Assembly: GCA_031987425.1 (NCBI GenBank)
Contig: DALZZL010000001.1
Span: forward strand, 9,820 to 73,819
Origin: Stenotrophomonas sp.
Lineage (GTDB): Bacteria; Pseudomonadota; Gammaproteobacteria; Xanthomonadales; Xanthomonadaceae
Length of the DNA stretch: 64,000 bases
Direction of reading: 5' to 3'
This document shows, piece after piece, positions 17,374-27,433 of this stretch. The position numbers were made by a program, and so were the translations under genes. Each line of letters opens with the position of its first letter. Positions within the stretch are counted from its first letter, which is position 1. The notes under the pieces are model-generated. The model was given only the letters and a program-made list of their open reading frames with translations. It made no database searches and had not been told where the DNA came from.

Positions 17374-18531
17374 TCAGTCGGACCCGGCGGTACGCAGGAC
17401 GGCGTCGAACGCCGGCTTGGGCTGACGCTCGCGGTCGAACAGCAGCGGGTAGTTGGTGCGGCCACGCACCGGGTAGTCGTTCTTCCAAGAGTCGCCGTCG
17501 TGCGCGTTCCAGAACGTGACCCGGGCGATCACCTCGCGCTTGCGCTGGAACAGCGCGAACAGCTCGGCATAACGCTGGGCGAGCCGCTGCTGCATCTGCG
17601 GCGGCAATCCGTCGGGCCAGGGATCGAGCTGGCGACGTGCCTGCGGATCGTCCGGCAGCGTCAGCCGCTGGTCGGCGGGCATGCCGTCGGTGCGCGGCGG
17701 TTGCGGCAGCACGTCGATGTCCAGCTCGGTGATCATCACCTTGACGCCGAGCGCGGCGAAGGTGTCGATGCTGGTCTCGATCTCGGCGATCGACGGGCTC
17801 TCCAGGCCCCAATGGCCCTGCATGCCCACGCCATCCATGCGCAGCCCCGCGCCCTGCAGCATCTTCACCAGGCGCACGATGCCGGCGCGCTTGGCCGGCT
17901 TCTCGGTGTTGAAGTCGTTGTAGTACAGCTCGGTGCCGGGCGCGGCCTGCGCGGCATAGCGATAGGCCTCGCGCAGCAGGCGGTCGCCATCGCCCACGTT
18001 CTTCAGCCACGGGCTTTGCCGGTAGCTGCCGTCCTCGTCGATGACCTCGTTGGCCACGTCCCAGGCCTGGATGCGGCCGGCGTAGTGGCCGGCCACGTGC
18101 TGGATATGATCCTGCAGCACCGCCAATTGCGCGTCGGCATCGTGCGGGCGGCCCTGTGCATCGACGAACATCCAGGCCGGTGTCTGGATATGCCACAGCA
18201 GGTTGTGCCCGACCACGAACATGCCGTGCGCCTTGCCGAACGCGACGAACGCATCGCCCTTGCTGAAGTCGTAGGTGCCCGGGCGCGGATGCACGTTCTC
18301 CGGCTTGAGTTCGTTCTCTGCGGTGATGCTGTTGAACTGCGTCACCACCAGTTGCTGCGAGCGCGCGTCGCGACCGCTGACGATGGCGTCGTTCACCGCT
18401 ACGCCGACCAGGAAATCGTCGCGGAAGGCATCCTTCAAGGTCGTCGGCGGCGGGGCGGCGAGGGCCGGCAACATGGCCAGGCAGGCGGTGACCGCCAGGG
18501 CGAGCAGGGCGGGCGGGGAACGCAAGGTCAT
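17374..18531 (-). CDS. Secreted GH10 endo-1,4-beta-xylanase
   Basis: 385 aa with signal peptide MTLRSPPALLALAVTACLAMLPALAA. GH10 motifs FNSITAENELKP, VANEVIDEDG (acid/base Glu) and ITELDIDV (nucleophile Glu). The ATG overlaps the GH2 stop (ATGA). Confidence 0.92.
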   Translation of the reverse strand: MTLRSPPALLALAVTACLAMLPALAAPPPTTLKDAFRDDFLVGVAVNDAIVSGRDARSQQLVVTQFNSITAENELKPENVHPRPGTYDFSKGDAFVAFGKAHGMFVVGHNLLWHIQTPAWMFVDAQGRPHDADAQLAVLQDHIQHVAGHYAGRIQAWDVANEVIDEDGSYRQSPWLKNVGDGDRLLREAYRYAAQAAPGTELYYNDFNTEKPAKRAGIVRLVKMLQGAGLRMDGVGMQGHWGLESPSIAEIETSIDTFAALGVKVMITELDIDVLPQPPRTDGMPADQRLTLPDDPQARRQLDPWPDGLPPQMQQRLAQRYAELFALFQRKREVIARVTFWNAHDGDSWKNDYPVRGRTNYPLLFDRERQPKPAFDAVLRTAGSD

Positions 18532-21254
18532 GGCGTGGCTCCGGGGACAAGGGTCAATGGCACGTCGGCGGGCGCCAGCCCGTCGGCATCGATGTGGACG
18601 GTGAGTGCGCCCTGCGCGCCGGGGTGCGCGCGCACGATGGCCAGCAGGCGGCCGGAGAACGCGGCGCGCGTGGCGGAGGGAAAGGGCGTCATGTCGGTGG
18701 GGTCGCCGTTGTCGGTGGCCACCAGCTCGCCCGGGCCGTCGACACGCACGCGCAGGCGGTTTGCCGCCTGTGGCACGCGCACGCCGTCGGCGTCACGCAC
18801 TTCGATGGCGATGAAGGCCAGGTCGCGGCCGTCGTTGGCGAGCGTGTCGCGTTCGGCACCGGCCTGCAGCGCGGTGGCGGCGCCGGCGGTCTCGACCCGG
18901 TCACTGGCCCAGGGGCGGCCCGCCTTGTAGGCCTGCACGCGCAGTTCGCCGGGTTGGTATTGCACGGCGTCCCAGCGCAGCCGGTATTCGCCGGCCGCCT
19001 TGTGTCGACGTCCCTGCGAGACGCCGTTGACGAACAACTCGGCCTCGTCGCCGGAGGTGAACACGTGGACCGGCGTCAGCTGTCCCTCGCGCCCCGGCCA
19101 GGTCCAATGCGGCAGCAGGTGTGCCATCGGCAGGTCGGGACGCCAGCGCGACTGGTAGAGCCAATAGCGGTCCTTCGGGAAGCCGGCCAGGTCGATGATC
19201 CCCGAGTACGCGCTGCGCGAGCTGTAGTAAGGCGTCGGCTCGCCCAGGTAATCGAAGCCGGTCCAGACGAATTCGCCCGCCACGAAGGGATGCGCGTCCA
19301 GCGCGGCGAAGACCTTGTCCGGGCTGGCGCCGAAATCCACGGCATACAGGTCGTAGGCGCTGACCTGGTGGCTTGCCGGATCGCCGCCCAGCCCATCGCG
19401 CACCGGCGCGCTGCGCTCGCCGCTGACCGGGAACAGATACACGCCGCGGCTGCTCAGCGTGGAGGCGGTCTCGGTGCTGAGGATCGCCTTGTCGGGGAAG
19501 GCCTGGTGGAACGCGGCGTACATCGGCGGCGTGCGGATGCGCTCGGTGCCCTCGAAGGCAGGCGTGTCGCGGATGCCTTCGCCCTGGTAGTTCAGGCCGA
19601 TCACGTCGAGCGCCGCAGGCAGCGGCATGTCCGGCTTGGCGTAGTTCATCGCCGCGGTCACCGGCCGGGTCGGATCTTCCTCGCGCACGATGTCGCGCAG
19701 CTGGCGGGCGATCGCCGCGCCGGCCTCGCCGGTGTACTGCTCGCCGACCTCGTTGCCGATGCTCCAGAGGATCACGGAAGGATGCTGGCGATCGCGCCGC
19801 AGCAGCGCACGCAGGTCCGGCTCATGCCAGTCATCGAAGACGCGGTGGAAGTCCAGCGGCGTCTTCTTCATCTGCCAGCTGTCGAAGATCTCGTCCACGA
19901 CCAGCAAGCCAAGACGGTCGGTCAGGTCCAGCAGCGCCGGGTCCGGCGGGTTGTGGCTCATCCGCACCGCGTTGGCGCCCATCGCCTGCAGCAGGCGCAG
20001 CTGGCGTTCGGCGGCGACCGGGGAGAACGCGGCGCCCAGCGCGCCGAGATCGTGGTGTTGGTTCACGCCGCGGATCGGCACATGTTCGCCATTGACCAGC
20101 AACCCACGCTGCGGGTCGAAGCGCACCTCGCGGATGCCGAACGGCGTCTGCACACGGTCCAGCAGGCGTGCACCGGCGTGCAGGGTGGTGATCGCCACGT
20201 AGCGATTCGGCTGCTGGGTCGGCGGCGGCCCCCACAGGCGTGGATGCGGAATCACCAGCGTCTGCGCCAACGTGGTGGCACCGGCGGCGGGCAGAGCGAC
20301 ATCGCGCACCGTGCTGCTGGCTACCGCGTGGGGCTCGGGGCGGCCGGCGGCGTCCAGCGCGTGGATCGTGGTGCGCACGCGCAGCGTGGCGGCGCTGCCT
20401 GCGCGGTTGCGCAGGTCCAGTTGTAGGGCCACCCGTGCACGCGCGGCGGAGACTTCCGGCGTGCGGATGGTGACGCCCCACTGCGCCACATGCGTGGGCG
20501 CGGTGCTGCGCAGCCAGACCCGGCGATACAGGCCGCCGCCCGGATACCAGCGCGCCGAGTCCGGCGGATTGTCCAGGCGTACCGCGATCTCGTTGCGTCC
20601 TCCCGGTACCACACAATCATCCAGATCCACCTGCCACGAGGTATAGCCATACGGCCAGCCACCGAGCAGCTGGCCGTTGCACCACACGGAGGCGTAGGAC
20701 ATCGCGCCGTCGAATTCCAGGGTGAGGTGGCGGCCACGCTCGCTGGCGGGAATGTCCAGCGTGCGCCGGTACCAGCCCACGCCCCAACTGGGTAGCCGGC
20801 CCATGCCGCCATACGGGCCGTCGGCCAGGAACGGCCCGGCGATGGCCCAGTCGTGCGGCAGCGTCACTGCCTGCCAGTCGCTGTCGTCGAAGTCGCGCTG
20901 GGCGAAGGCGATGCCGGCGCCGGGTGGCGTTCCGGCCGGGCGCGGATGGCGCTTGGCCGGATCGGCGATCAGTGCGTTCGCGGTCGGCAGGATCCAGGGC
21001 TTGAGCGTGGCCGGGTCGGTCACGCCCGCGCCACTGGCAACTTGCGGCCGGGCGTCGGCGGCCTTGCCGTCTTCGTTGTCGGCCACGGCGGGGCGATGGT
21101 CGTAGTCCAGCGCGCCATCCACGCGCGGCGGATCGCCGGCATGGAAACGCCAGCCGCTATCCAGCGCGATGCGCTGGCGCGGCGACTCCGCCGCCGCCGT
21201 GCCGCCCGCCAGCGCACACAGCAGCAGGCACAGACCCGCGGCCAGGCGGCGCAT
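18528..21254 (-). CDS. Secreted glycoside hydrolase family 2 (beta-galactosidase/beta-glucuronidase-like)
   Basis: 908 aa from MRRLAAGLCLLLCALAGGTAAA (signal peptide). GH2 sugar-binding, Ig-like and TIM motifs including NAVRMSHNPP and WSIGNEVGEQ. The ATG at 21252-21254 shares 1 nt with the uxaC stop. The track ORF is over-extended to 21485. Confidence 0.9.
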   Translation of the reverse strand: MRRLAAGLCLLLCALAGGTAAAESPRQRIALDSGWRFHAGDPPRVDGALDYDHRPAVADNEDGKAADARPQVASGAGVTDPATLKPWILPTANALIADPAKRHPRPAGTPPGAGIAFAQRDFDDSDWQAVTLPHDWAIAGPFLADGPYGGMGRLPSWGVGWYRRTLDIPASERGRHLTLEFDGAMSYASVWCNGQLLGGWPYGYTSWQVDLDDCVVPGGRNEIAVRLDNPPDSARWYPGGGLYRRVWLRSTAPTHVAQWGVTIRTPEVSAARARVALQLDLRNRAGSAATLRVRTTIHALDAAGRPEPHAVASSTVRDVALPAAGATTLAQTLVIPHPRLWGPPPTQQPNRYVAITTLHAGARLLDRVQTPFGIREVRFDPQRGLLVNGEHVPIRGVNQHHDLGALGAAFSPVAAERQLRLLQAMGANAVRMSHNPPDPALLDLTDRLGLLVVDEIFDSWQMKKTPLDFHRVFDDWHEPDLRALLRRDRQHPSVILWSIGNEVGEQYTGEAGAAIARQLRDIVREEDPTRPVTAAMNYAKPDMPLPAALDVIGLNYQGEGIRDTPAFEGTERIRTPPMYAAFHQAFPDKAILSTETASTLSSRGVYLFPVSGERSAPVRDGLGGDPASHQVSAYDLYAVDFGASPDKVFAALDAHPFVAGEFVWTGFDYLGEPTPYYSSRSAYSGIIDLAGFPKDRYWLYQSRWRPDLPMAHLLPHWTWPGREGQLTPVHVFTSGDEAELFVNGVSQGRRHKAAGEYRLRWDAVQYQPGELRVQAYKAGRPWASDRVETAGAATALQAGAERDTLANDGRDLAFIAIEVRDADGVRVPQAANRLRVRVDGPGELVATDNGDPTDMTPFPSATRAAFSGRLLAIVRAHPGAQGALTVHIDADGLAPADVPLTLVPGATP

Positions 21255-22678
21255 CACAGGCGATAGGCCTGCTTGGGCAGGCGGTAGGCCAGATCGGTTG
21301 CGACCTCCATCGCCTCGTCTTCGTCCAGGCGATGCTCGGCGACCAGCTTGGCCAGGAACGCGCAGTCGACGCGACGGGCCACGTCGTGCCGCGCGGGAAT
21401 CGACAGGAACGCGCGGGTGTCGTCGTTGAAGCCGACCGTGTTGTAGAAGCCACCGCTGCTCAGGGTCTGCTCGCGGAAACGCCACATGCCCTCGGGCGCA
21501 TCATGGAACCACCACGCCGGTCCCAGCAGCAGACTGGGATAGTGCCCGGCCAGCGGCGCCAGCTCGCGCGCGTAGTTGCTCTCGTCGAGGGTGAACAGGA
21601 TCAACTTGAAACGCGGATCGTTGCCGCAGCGGCCCAGCAGCGGCTTGAGCGCGTGGACGTACTCGGTGCGGATCGGCATGTCCGCTCCCTTGTCGCGCCC
21701 ATGGCGAGCGAACAGCGACTGGTTGTGGTTGCGGAAGCAGCCCGGATGCAGCTGCATCACCAGCCCGTCGTCCAGACTCATCTGCGCCATCTCGGTGAGC
21801 ATCTGCGCGCGGAACAGTTCGGCCTCGGCGGCGCTGGCGCGACCCATCGCCACGCTGGTGAACAGCTTGCGCGCCTCGTCCCGCGACAGGTTGGCGGTGA
21901 GCGCGCTGGGGTGGCCGTGGTCGGTGGAGGTGGCGCCGTGCGCGGCGAAGAACGCGCGGCGCTGCCGGTGCGCCTGCAGGTAGCCCTCCCAGCTGTAGAC
22001 GTTCTCGCCGGTGAGTTCGCCGAACTGGCGCAGCGCATCGGGGAACTGCTCGTGCTCCGGATCGATCACCGGGTCCGGACGATAGGCGGTGATCACCCGG
22101 CCGGGCCAACCGCTGGCACGGATCGCGGCATGGTGGGTCAGCGGGTCCAGCGGCGATTCGGTGGTGGCGATGACCTCGATGCCGAACCGCTCGAACAGGG
22201 CGCGCGGGCGATACGCCGGGGTTTCCAGCGCGGCGGTGATGCGGTCGTAGTAGTGGTCGGCGGTGGTCCCGTCCAGGCGCACGCGCAGTCCGAACACCTC
22301 ATGGAAGACGTGGTTGAGCCACATCGCGGATGGCGTGCCGCGGAACACATGGAAGTGCTCGGCGAAGATCCGCCATGCGGAGCGCGGATTCACCGCCGCG
22401 CGCGAGCCGTCGGCGCGCGGGATGCCCAACTGGTCCAGGTCCACGCCCTGGCTGTAAAGCATGCGGAACACGTAGTGGTCCGGTACCAGCAGCAGTTCGG
22501 TGGCGTTGGCGAAGGCGGCGTTGCCGTCGAACCAGGCCGGATCGGTGTGACCGTGCGGGCTGATGATCGGCAGGCCCGCGACCTGCGCGTACAGGCGGCG
22601 GGCGATGGCGCGCTGGCTGGCTTCGGCGGGCAGCAGGCGGTCGGGGTGCAGGTGCAGGGGTTGGGCGGGGAGATTCAT
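21254..22678 (-). CDS. uxaC: Glucuronate isomerase
   Basis: 474 aa. N-terminal IISPHGHTDP metal motif and C-terminal GPAWWFHDAPEGM motif characteristic of UxaC (the Xanthomonas HrmI type). Confidence 0.9.
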   Translation of the reverse strand: MNLPAQPLHLHPDRLLPAEASQRAIARRLYAQVAGLPIISPHGHTDPAWFDGNAAFANATELLLVPDHYVFRMLYSQGVDLDQLGIPRADGSRAAVNPRSAWRIFAEHFHVFRGTPSAMWLNHVFHEVFGLRVRLDGTTADHYYDRITAALETPAYRPRALFERFGIEVIATTESPLDPLTHHAAIRASGWPGRVITAYRPDPVIDPEHEQFPDALRQFGELTGENVYSWEGYLQAHRQRRAFFAAHGATSTDHGHPSALTANLSRDEARKLFTSVAMGRASAAEAELFRAQMLTEMAQMSLDDGLVMQLHPGCFRNHNQSLFARHGRDKGADMPIRTEYVHALKPLLGRCGNDPRFKLILFTLDESNYARELAPLAGHYPSLLLGPAWWFHDAPEGMWRFREQTLSSGGFYNTVGFNDDTRAFLSIPARHDVARRVDCAFLAKLVAEHRLDEDEAMEVATDLAYRLPKQAYRL

Positions 22679-22706
22679 GCGGGCGATACGGGATTGGGAA
22701 GGAGGG

Positions 22707-24002
22707 TCATGGCGAGGACGTGGCCACCTGCGCCGGCGCCAGTCGCGGCACCAGCAGGTGGACCACGCCGAGTGCCAGCAGATAGGCCGAGCCGGCCATC
22801 AGGAAGACCGGCACGTAGCTGCCGGTGGCTTGCAGCAGGAAACCGATGAAGGTGGCGATCAGCATGCCGGATACGGCGCCGGCGAAGCCGCCGATGCCCA
22901 CCACCGACGCCACCGCCGGCGCGGGGAACAGGTCCGAGGGCAGGGTGAGCACGTTGGCCGACCAACCCTGGTGCCCGGCGGTGGCCAGCCCGATCAGCGC
23001 GACCGCGACCCACAGGTGATCGGCCTGCGCGGCGAACACGATGGGCACCACTGCCAGCGCGCACACCGCCATGGCGCCCTTGCGCGCGGTGTTGACGCGC
23101 CAGCCACGCTGGATCAGCCGTCCGGCCAGCCAGCCGCCGGCGATGCTGCCGATATCGGCCATCACGAAGATCACGATCAACGGCGGCCCGAGTTCGAGCA
23201 GTGACAGGCCGTATTGCGCATGCAGGAACTTCGGCAGCCAGAACAGGAAGAACCACCAGATTGGATCGGTGATGAACTTCGCCGCCACGAATGCCCAGGT
23301 CTGGCGATGGCGGAGCAGGCCGCGCCACGGCAGCCGCACGGAGGGCGTCGCCGGGTCGCTGCGGATCAACGCCAGTTCGGCCGCGCCGAGTCGTGGCTGC
23401 TGCTCCGGCGTGCGGTACCACTTCAGCCAGACCACCAGCCACGCCGCGCTGAGCAGGCCGGTGAACAGGAACGCCGCCTGCCAGCCGAGCGTGGCGGCCA
23501 CCACCGGCACCAGCAGCGGCGCGACCACCGCGCCGATGTTCGAGCCGGAATTGAAGATGCCCACCGCCAATGCGCGCTCGCGACGCGGAAACCATTCGGC
23601 CACCGTCTTGATCGCCGCCGGGAAGTTGCCCGATTCGCCCAGCCCCAATGCAAATCGGGCCAGTACGAAGCCCACCACGCCGGTGGCCAGCGCATGGCTC
23701 ATCGCCGCCACGCTCCACACCGCGATGGCGATGGCGTAGCCGATGCGCGTGCCGAAGCGGTCGATCACTGCGCCGGCGCACAGCAGGCCGATGGCGTAGG
23801 CACCCTGGAACGCGGTGACGATGTAGCCGTACTGCACCTCGCTCCAGCCGATCTGCTGCTGCAGGAACGGGGCCAGCACGCCCAGCACCTGGCGGTCGAT
23901 GTAGTTGATAGTGGTGGCCGCCAGCAGCATGGCGCAGACGCGCCAGCGATAGCGGCCCACCGGCGAAGCGGGCGATGACACGGCGCGGGAAAGTTCGGTC
24001 AC
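22707..24002 (-). CDS. MFS hexuronate/sugar-acid transporter (ExuT-like)
   Basis: ExuT-type N-terminus RYRWRVCAMLLAATTINYIDRQVLG and motif GLGESGNFPAAIK. I prefer the GTG at 24000-24002 (VTELSR..., ~431 aa) because GGAG lies 5 nt upstream. An ATG at 24083 is an alternative. The track start at 24287 is unlikely. Confidence 0.82.
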   Translation of the reverse strand: MTELSRAVSSPASPVGRYRWRVCAMLLAATTINYIDRQVLGVLAPFLQQQIGWSEVQYGYIVTAFQGAYAIGLLCAGAVIDRFGTRIGYAIAIAVWSVAAMSHALATGVVGFVLARFALGLGESGNFPAAIKTVAEWFPRRERALAVGIFNSGSNIGAVVAPLLVPVVAATLGWQAAFLFTGLLSAAWLVVWLKWYRTPEQQPRLGAAELALIRSDPATPSVRLPWRGLLRHRQTWAFVAAKFITDPIWWFFLFWLPKFLHAQYGLSLLELGPPLIVIFVMADIGSIAGGWLAGRLIQRGWRVNTARKGAMAVCALAVVPIVFAAQADHLWVAVALIGLATAGHQGWSANVLTLPSDLFPAPAVASVVGIGGFAGAVSGMLIATFIGFLLQATGSYVPVFLMAGSAYLLALGVVHLLVPRLAPAQVATSSP

Positions 24003-24124
24003 TACGGCTCCAGGGGAGAAGGGCGCGGCCCGCGCATCGATGATGCGGCGCAGCACGCGGTCGCGCCGGTGTGGCGCACGCATCGTCGGTGGAAACGCCT
24101 GTTTTTCCGCTGTTTCGAGGAATG

Positions 24125-24140
24125 GTGATAGCGCTATCAC
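24125..24140. promoter_or_regulatory. Perfect 16-bp palindrome, xyl-box-like operator (candidate LacI-family XylR site)
   Basis: GTGATAGCGCTATCAC lies in the divergent intergenic region between the ExuT-like gene and the TonB-dependent receptor gene. The core TGATAGCGCTATCA resembles the Xanthomonas xyl-box palindrome, which I recall as TGGTAGCGCTACCA. Confidence 0.55.
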
Positions 24141-24294
24141 TAGCACGCGACGTGATGGCGGCGCTACTGCCGATGACCAGTCGGAGGAGCGCAAATGTCG
24201 ATGACAGCGCTGACAATCAGCCAAATCATGGCCTTGCGTGAAGCACGCCACGCAGTGAGGTGGGTTTTGCTGCCCTGCAGCGTGCATGCCTTAG

Positions 24295-24308
24295 TGATAG
24301 CGCTACCA
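24295..24308. promoter_or_regulatory. Second xyl-box-like operator
   Basis: TGATAGCGCTACCA lies about 110 nt upstream of the TonB-dependent receptor start. One half-site is identical to the remembered xyl-box consensus. Confidence 0.5.
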
Positions 24309-24418
24309 TGCGCCGCGACCCTCCCCGGGTCACCCCCACGCCACACGCAATCCGCATCAGAACAGGCGCGCACGCCATCGCGCGCCCTCCGTTTACGAAT
24401 CAAGGGAAGGGAGTGAGG

Positions 24419-27343
24419 GTGAATACAAAATTCGCACGCAGCACGTTGTCGCATGCCTTGGGGCTGGCGCTGATCGGCATGGCCGCCGCCCCGGCATTCG
24501 CGCAGGACGCCGGCGCGGACGCCGCGACGCCGCCGCAGGACGCGCCCGCCAAGGACGCCGTGACGCTCGATCGCGTCGAGGTCTCCGGCTACCGCCGCAG
24601 CATCCAGTTCTCCACCGACGCCAAGCGCGATTCGGTGACCTTCGCCGATACCGTCTATGCCGAGGACATCGGCAAGTTCCCCGACATGAACATCGGCGAG
24701 TCGCTGAGCCGCGTGCCCGGCGTGCAGCTGTCGCGTGACGTCAACGGCGAGGGCACCAACATCGCCATCCGCGGCCTGGGCTCGAGCTTCACCAAGACCA
24801 CGCTCAACGGCGCCAGCATCGCCACGGCCTCGATTGGCCTGGATGCGCAGAACCAAAACCGCGAAGTCGATCTCAACCTGTTCCCGACCGAGTTCTTCAC
24901 CCAGCTCACCGTCAGCAAGACGCCGACCGCGAGCATGCTCGAAGGCGGCGTTTCCGGCGTGGTCGACATGCGCAGCGCGCGGCCGTTCGATCGCCCCGGC
25001 ACGCACCTGACCTACGCCTTGCAGGGCGGCTACAACAGCACCTCCGACAAGATCAGCCCGAACGGCACGCTGATCGGCAGCTGGACCAACGAATCCGGCA
25101 CCTTCGGCATCCTCGGCGGGGTCACCTCCACGCGCGGCAAACTCGGCCTGCAGGGCTTCGAAAGCGTGGGCTGGACCAACCCCGGCCTGACCTACACCCA
25201 GTGCGGCCTGACCCCACCGGCCGGCACGCCGGCCACCAACCAGCCGGCGTCGTGCAACGTCGGCGGTGGCGGCAACTGGCGCATTCCCGATACCGTGCCG
25301 GCCAGCGGCGCGGCCGCCGGCTTGACCCCAGGCGAGGTGATCGACGCCAACTGGCTGCTCGCGCACAACCCGGGCCTGGACATCAACCAGATCAGCGAGG
25401 CGCTGATCCCGCGCCTGGGCCGCAACGTCTACATGGACGGCGAGCGCAACCGTGACTCGGGCGTTCTGTCGATGGAATGGCGTCCCACCGACGACCTGCA
25501 TTTCTACCTGGATACGCTGTATTCGGAAGCGCATCGCACCAACAACCGCATCGACATGAACCTGATCGGCCGCAATGGCAGCATGGTGCCGGTCAACATG
25601 CAGGTCGATGCGAACAACGTCGTCACCAGCGCCACCTTCGCCAATGCGCAGTACTTCCTGGAAGCACGTCCGTACCGCGAGGACGTGAAGTTCTGGAGCG
25701 TCAATCCGGGCGCGGAAATCCTGTTCGGTGACGCCCAGGACGTGAAGCTCACCGTGCAGGCCAATGCCAGCCGCAGCTGGATGTTCCGCGAATCGCCGAC
25801 CATCCTGGTCAACTCGCCGATCACCACGGTGCAGTACACCAACACCGGCGGCGACCAGCCGAGCATCAGCAGCGGGCTGGACCTCAACGATCCGAACCTG
25901 GGTTGGACCTGGACCGGTGGCCGCGTCAACATCAACAACGAAAAGCGCGTGACCGAAACCCAGGGCGCGCGCGCCGACCTGCAGTTCGGCGACGACAAGC
26001 GCAACATCAAGGTCGGCTTCGCCTATGACGAGGCCGAGCGCCGCATCCAGGGCTTCGACAACAGCGTGGCCTGGGAACAGGTCGTGTGCCGCGGCACGGG
26101 TACCACCTGCACCGGCGGCCCGGGCTCGGCGATCCCGCAGGCCGACCTGGCCTCCTACCTGCGTCCGGGTCCGTACGGCTTCATCACCGTCGATTTCGAC
26201 CAGTTCATGCGCGACACCAACTACTACGCGCTGCGCGACTCGGCGCCGGAGAGCAACTCGGCCAATACCGGCGCTTCCACCGGCGGCATCGAGGAGAAGA
26301 ACTGGGGCTTCTATGTGGAAGCCAACGCCGAGACCGAGGTGTGGAACCGCACGCTGCGCTTCAATGCGGGCATGCGCTATGTCACCACCGACCAGACCAT
26401 CAGCGGGCCGGTGACGCTGAGCGGCGTGCGCAGCTACCAGTCGCTGGATTCGGACTACAAGGAACTGCTGCCCTCGTTCAACCTGGCGTGGGACGTGGCC
26501 GACAACGTGGTGCTGCGCATGTCCGGCTCGCGTACGATGACCCGGCCGAACCCGAGCGCGATGATCCCGGCGACCAACTTCAGCGATCCCTCGGCGCAGA
26601 CCGCCTCTCAGGGCAACCCGAACCTGGCCCCGTACCTGTCGACCAATTTCGACCTCGGCGGTGAGTGGTACACCGGTGGCGAAGGCTATGTGGGCCTGAC
26701 CCTGTTCAACAAGCGCATCAACGGCTTTACCGTCAACGGCGTGCGCCGCATTCCGTTCAACGAGCTCGGCGTGCCGTATGACAGCCTGCTGCCGACCCAG
26801 CAGGCGGCGCTGCAGCAGCGCGGCGGCCCGGACGCGGCCACCGTGGACGTGCAGACCCAGGTCAATGCCGACGGCGTGCTGAACATCCGCGGTGTCGAGG
26901 CGATCTGGGTGCAGCCGCTGGACGTGGTGTTCGACGGCCTGGGCTTCACCGCCAACTACACCCACGTCAACCAGGATTCCGAAGGCGAGGGCGTGCCGGC
27001 GGTGGCCGAGGGTGTGGCGCCGAACCTGTGGAACGGCACGGTGTACTGGGAGAAGGGGCCGGCGTCGGTGCGTGTTTCCTACACCTGGAACGACGACATG
27101 ATCATCTCCGGCGCCAACCAGAACGGCATCCCGTATGCGCGTCTCAATGCGGACGCGCGTGGGCAGATGGACCTGTCCGCCAGCTACACGCTGGAGAACC
27201 TGCCGTCCAAGCCGCAGATCACCCTCAACGTCACCAACATCACCGACGAGCCGCTGCGCACGACGTTCGCGTGGCCCAATGCGACCTATAGCCTGTACTA
27301 CCCGGGCCGTACCATCATGCTCGGTATTCGCGGCACGTTCTGA
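24419..27343 (+). CDS. TonB-dependent receptor (carbohydrate/xylo-oligosaccharide type)
   Basis: 974 aa from a GTG at 24419 (VNTKFARSTLSHALGLALIGMAAAPAFAQ signal peptide, GGGAAGGGAG upstream). Plug motifs LDRVEVSGYR and IAIRGLG. C-terminal TonB box-C ending GRTIMLGIRGTF. Confidence 0.9.
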   Translation: MNTKFARSTLSHALGLALIGMAAAPAFAQDAGADAATPPQDAPAKDAVTLDRVEVSGYRRSIQFSTDAKRDSVTFADTVYAEDIGKFPDMNIGESLSRVPGVQLSRDVNGEGTNIAIRGLGSSFTKTTLNGASIATASIGLDAQNQNREVDLNLFPTEFFTQLTVSKTPTASMLEGGVSGVVDMRSARPFDRPGTHLTYALQGGYNSTSDKISPNGTLIGSWTNESGTFGILGGVTSTRGKLGLQGFESVGWTNPGLTYTQCGLTPPAGTPATNQPASCNVGGGGNWRIPDTVPASGAAAGLTPGEVIDANWLLAHNPGLDINQISEALIPRLGRNVYMDGERNRDSGVLSMEWRPTDDLHFYLDTLYSEAHRTNNRIDMNLIGRNGSMVPVNMQVDANNVVTSATFANAQYFLEARPYREDVKFWSVNPGAEILFGDAQDVKLTVQANASRSWMFRESPTILVNSPITTVQYTNTGGDQPSISSGLDLNDPNLGWTWTGGRVNINNEKRVTETQGARADLQFGDDKRNIKVGFAYDEAERRIQGFDNSVAWEQVVCRGTGTTCTGGPGSAIPQADLASYLRPGPYGFITVDFDQFMRDTNYYALRDSAPESNSANTGASTGGIEEKNWGFYVEANAETEVWNRTLRFNAGMRYVTTDQTISGPVTLSGVRSYQSLDSDYKELLPSFNLAWDVADNVVLRMSGSRTMTRPNPSAMIPATNFSDPSAQTASQGNPNLAPYLSTNFDLGGEWYTGGEGYVGLTLFNKRINGFTVNGVRRIPFNELGVPYDSLLPTQQAALQQRGGPDAATVDVQTQVNADGVLNIRGVEAIWVQPLDVVFDGLGFTANYTHVNQDSEGEGVPAVAEGVAPNLWNGTVYWEKGPASVRVSYTWNDDMIISGANQNGIPYARLNADARGQMDLSASYTLENLPSKPQITLNVTNITDEPLRTTFAWPNATYSLYYPGRTIMLGIRGTF

Positions 27344-27365
27344 GCCGCCACGCGGCCGCTGGCGT

Positions 27366-27392
27366 CCGGTGCCGATACCCTCCAGGCACCGG
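27366..27392 (+). terminator. Stem-loop between the receptor and symporter genes (attenuator or partial terminator)
   Basis: CCGGTGCC-gataccctcca-GGCACCGG is an 8-bp perfect stem with no T-tract. A GC-rich palindrome GCGCGGCGGCCGCGC follows. Confidence 0.35.
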
Positions 27393-27433
27393 GCGCGGCG
27401 GCCGCGCCTTCCTCTTCATTCGCCAGGGAATCC

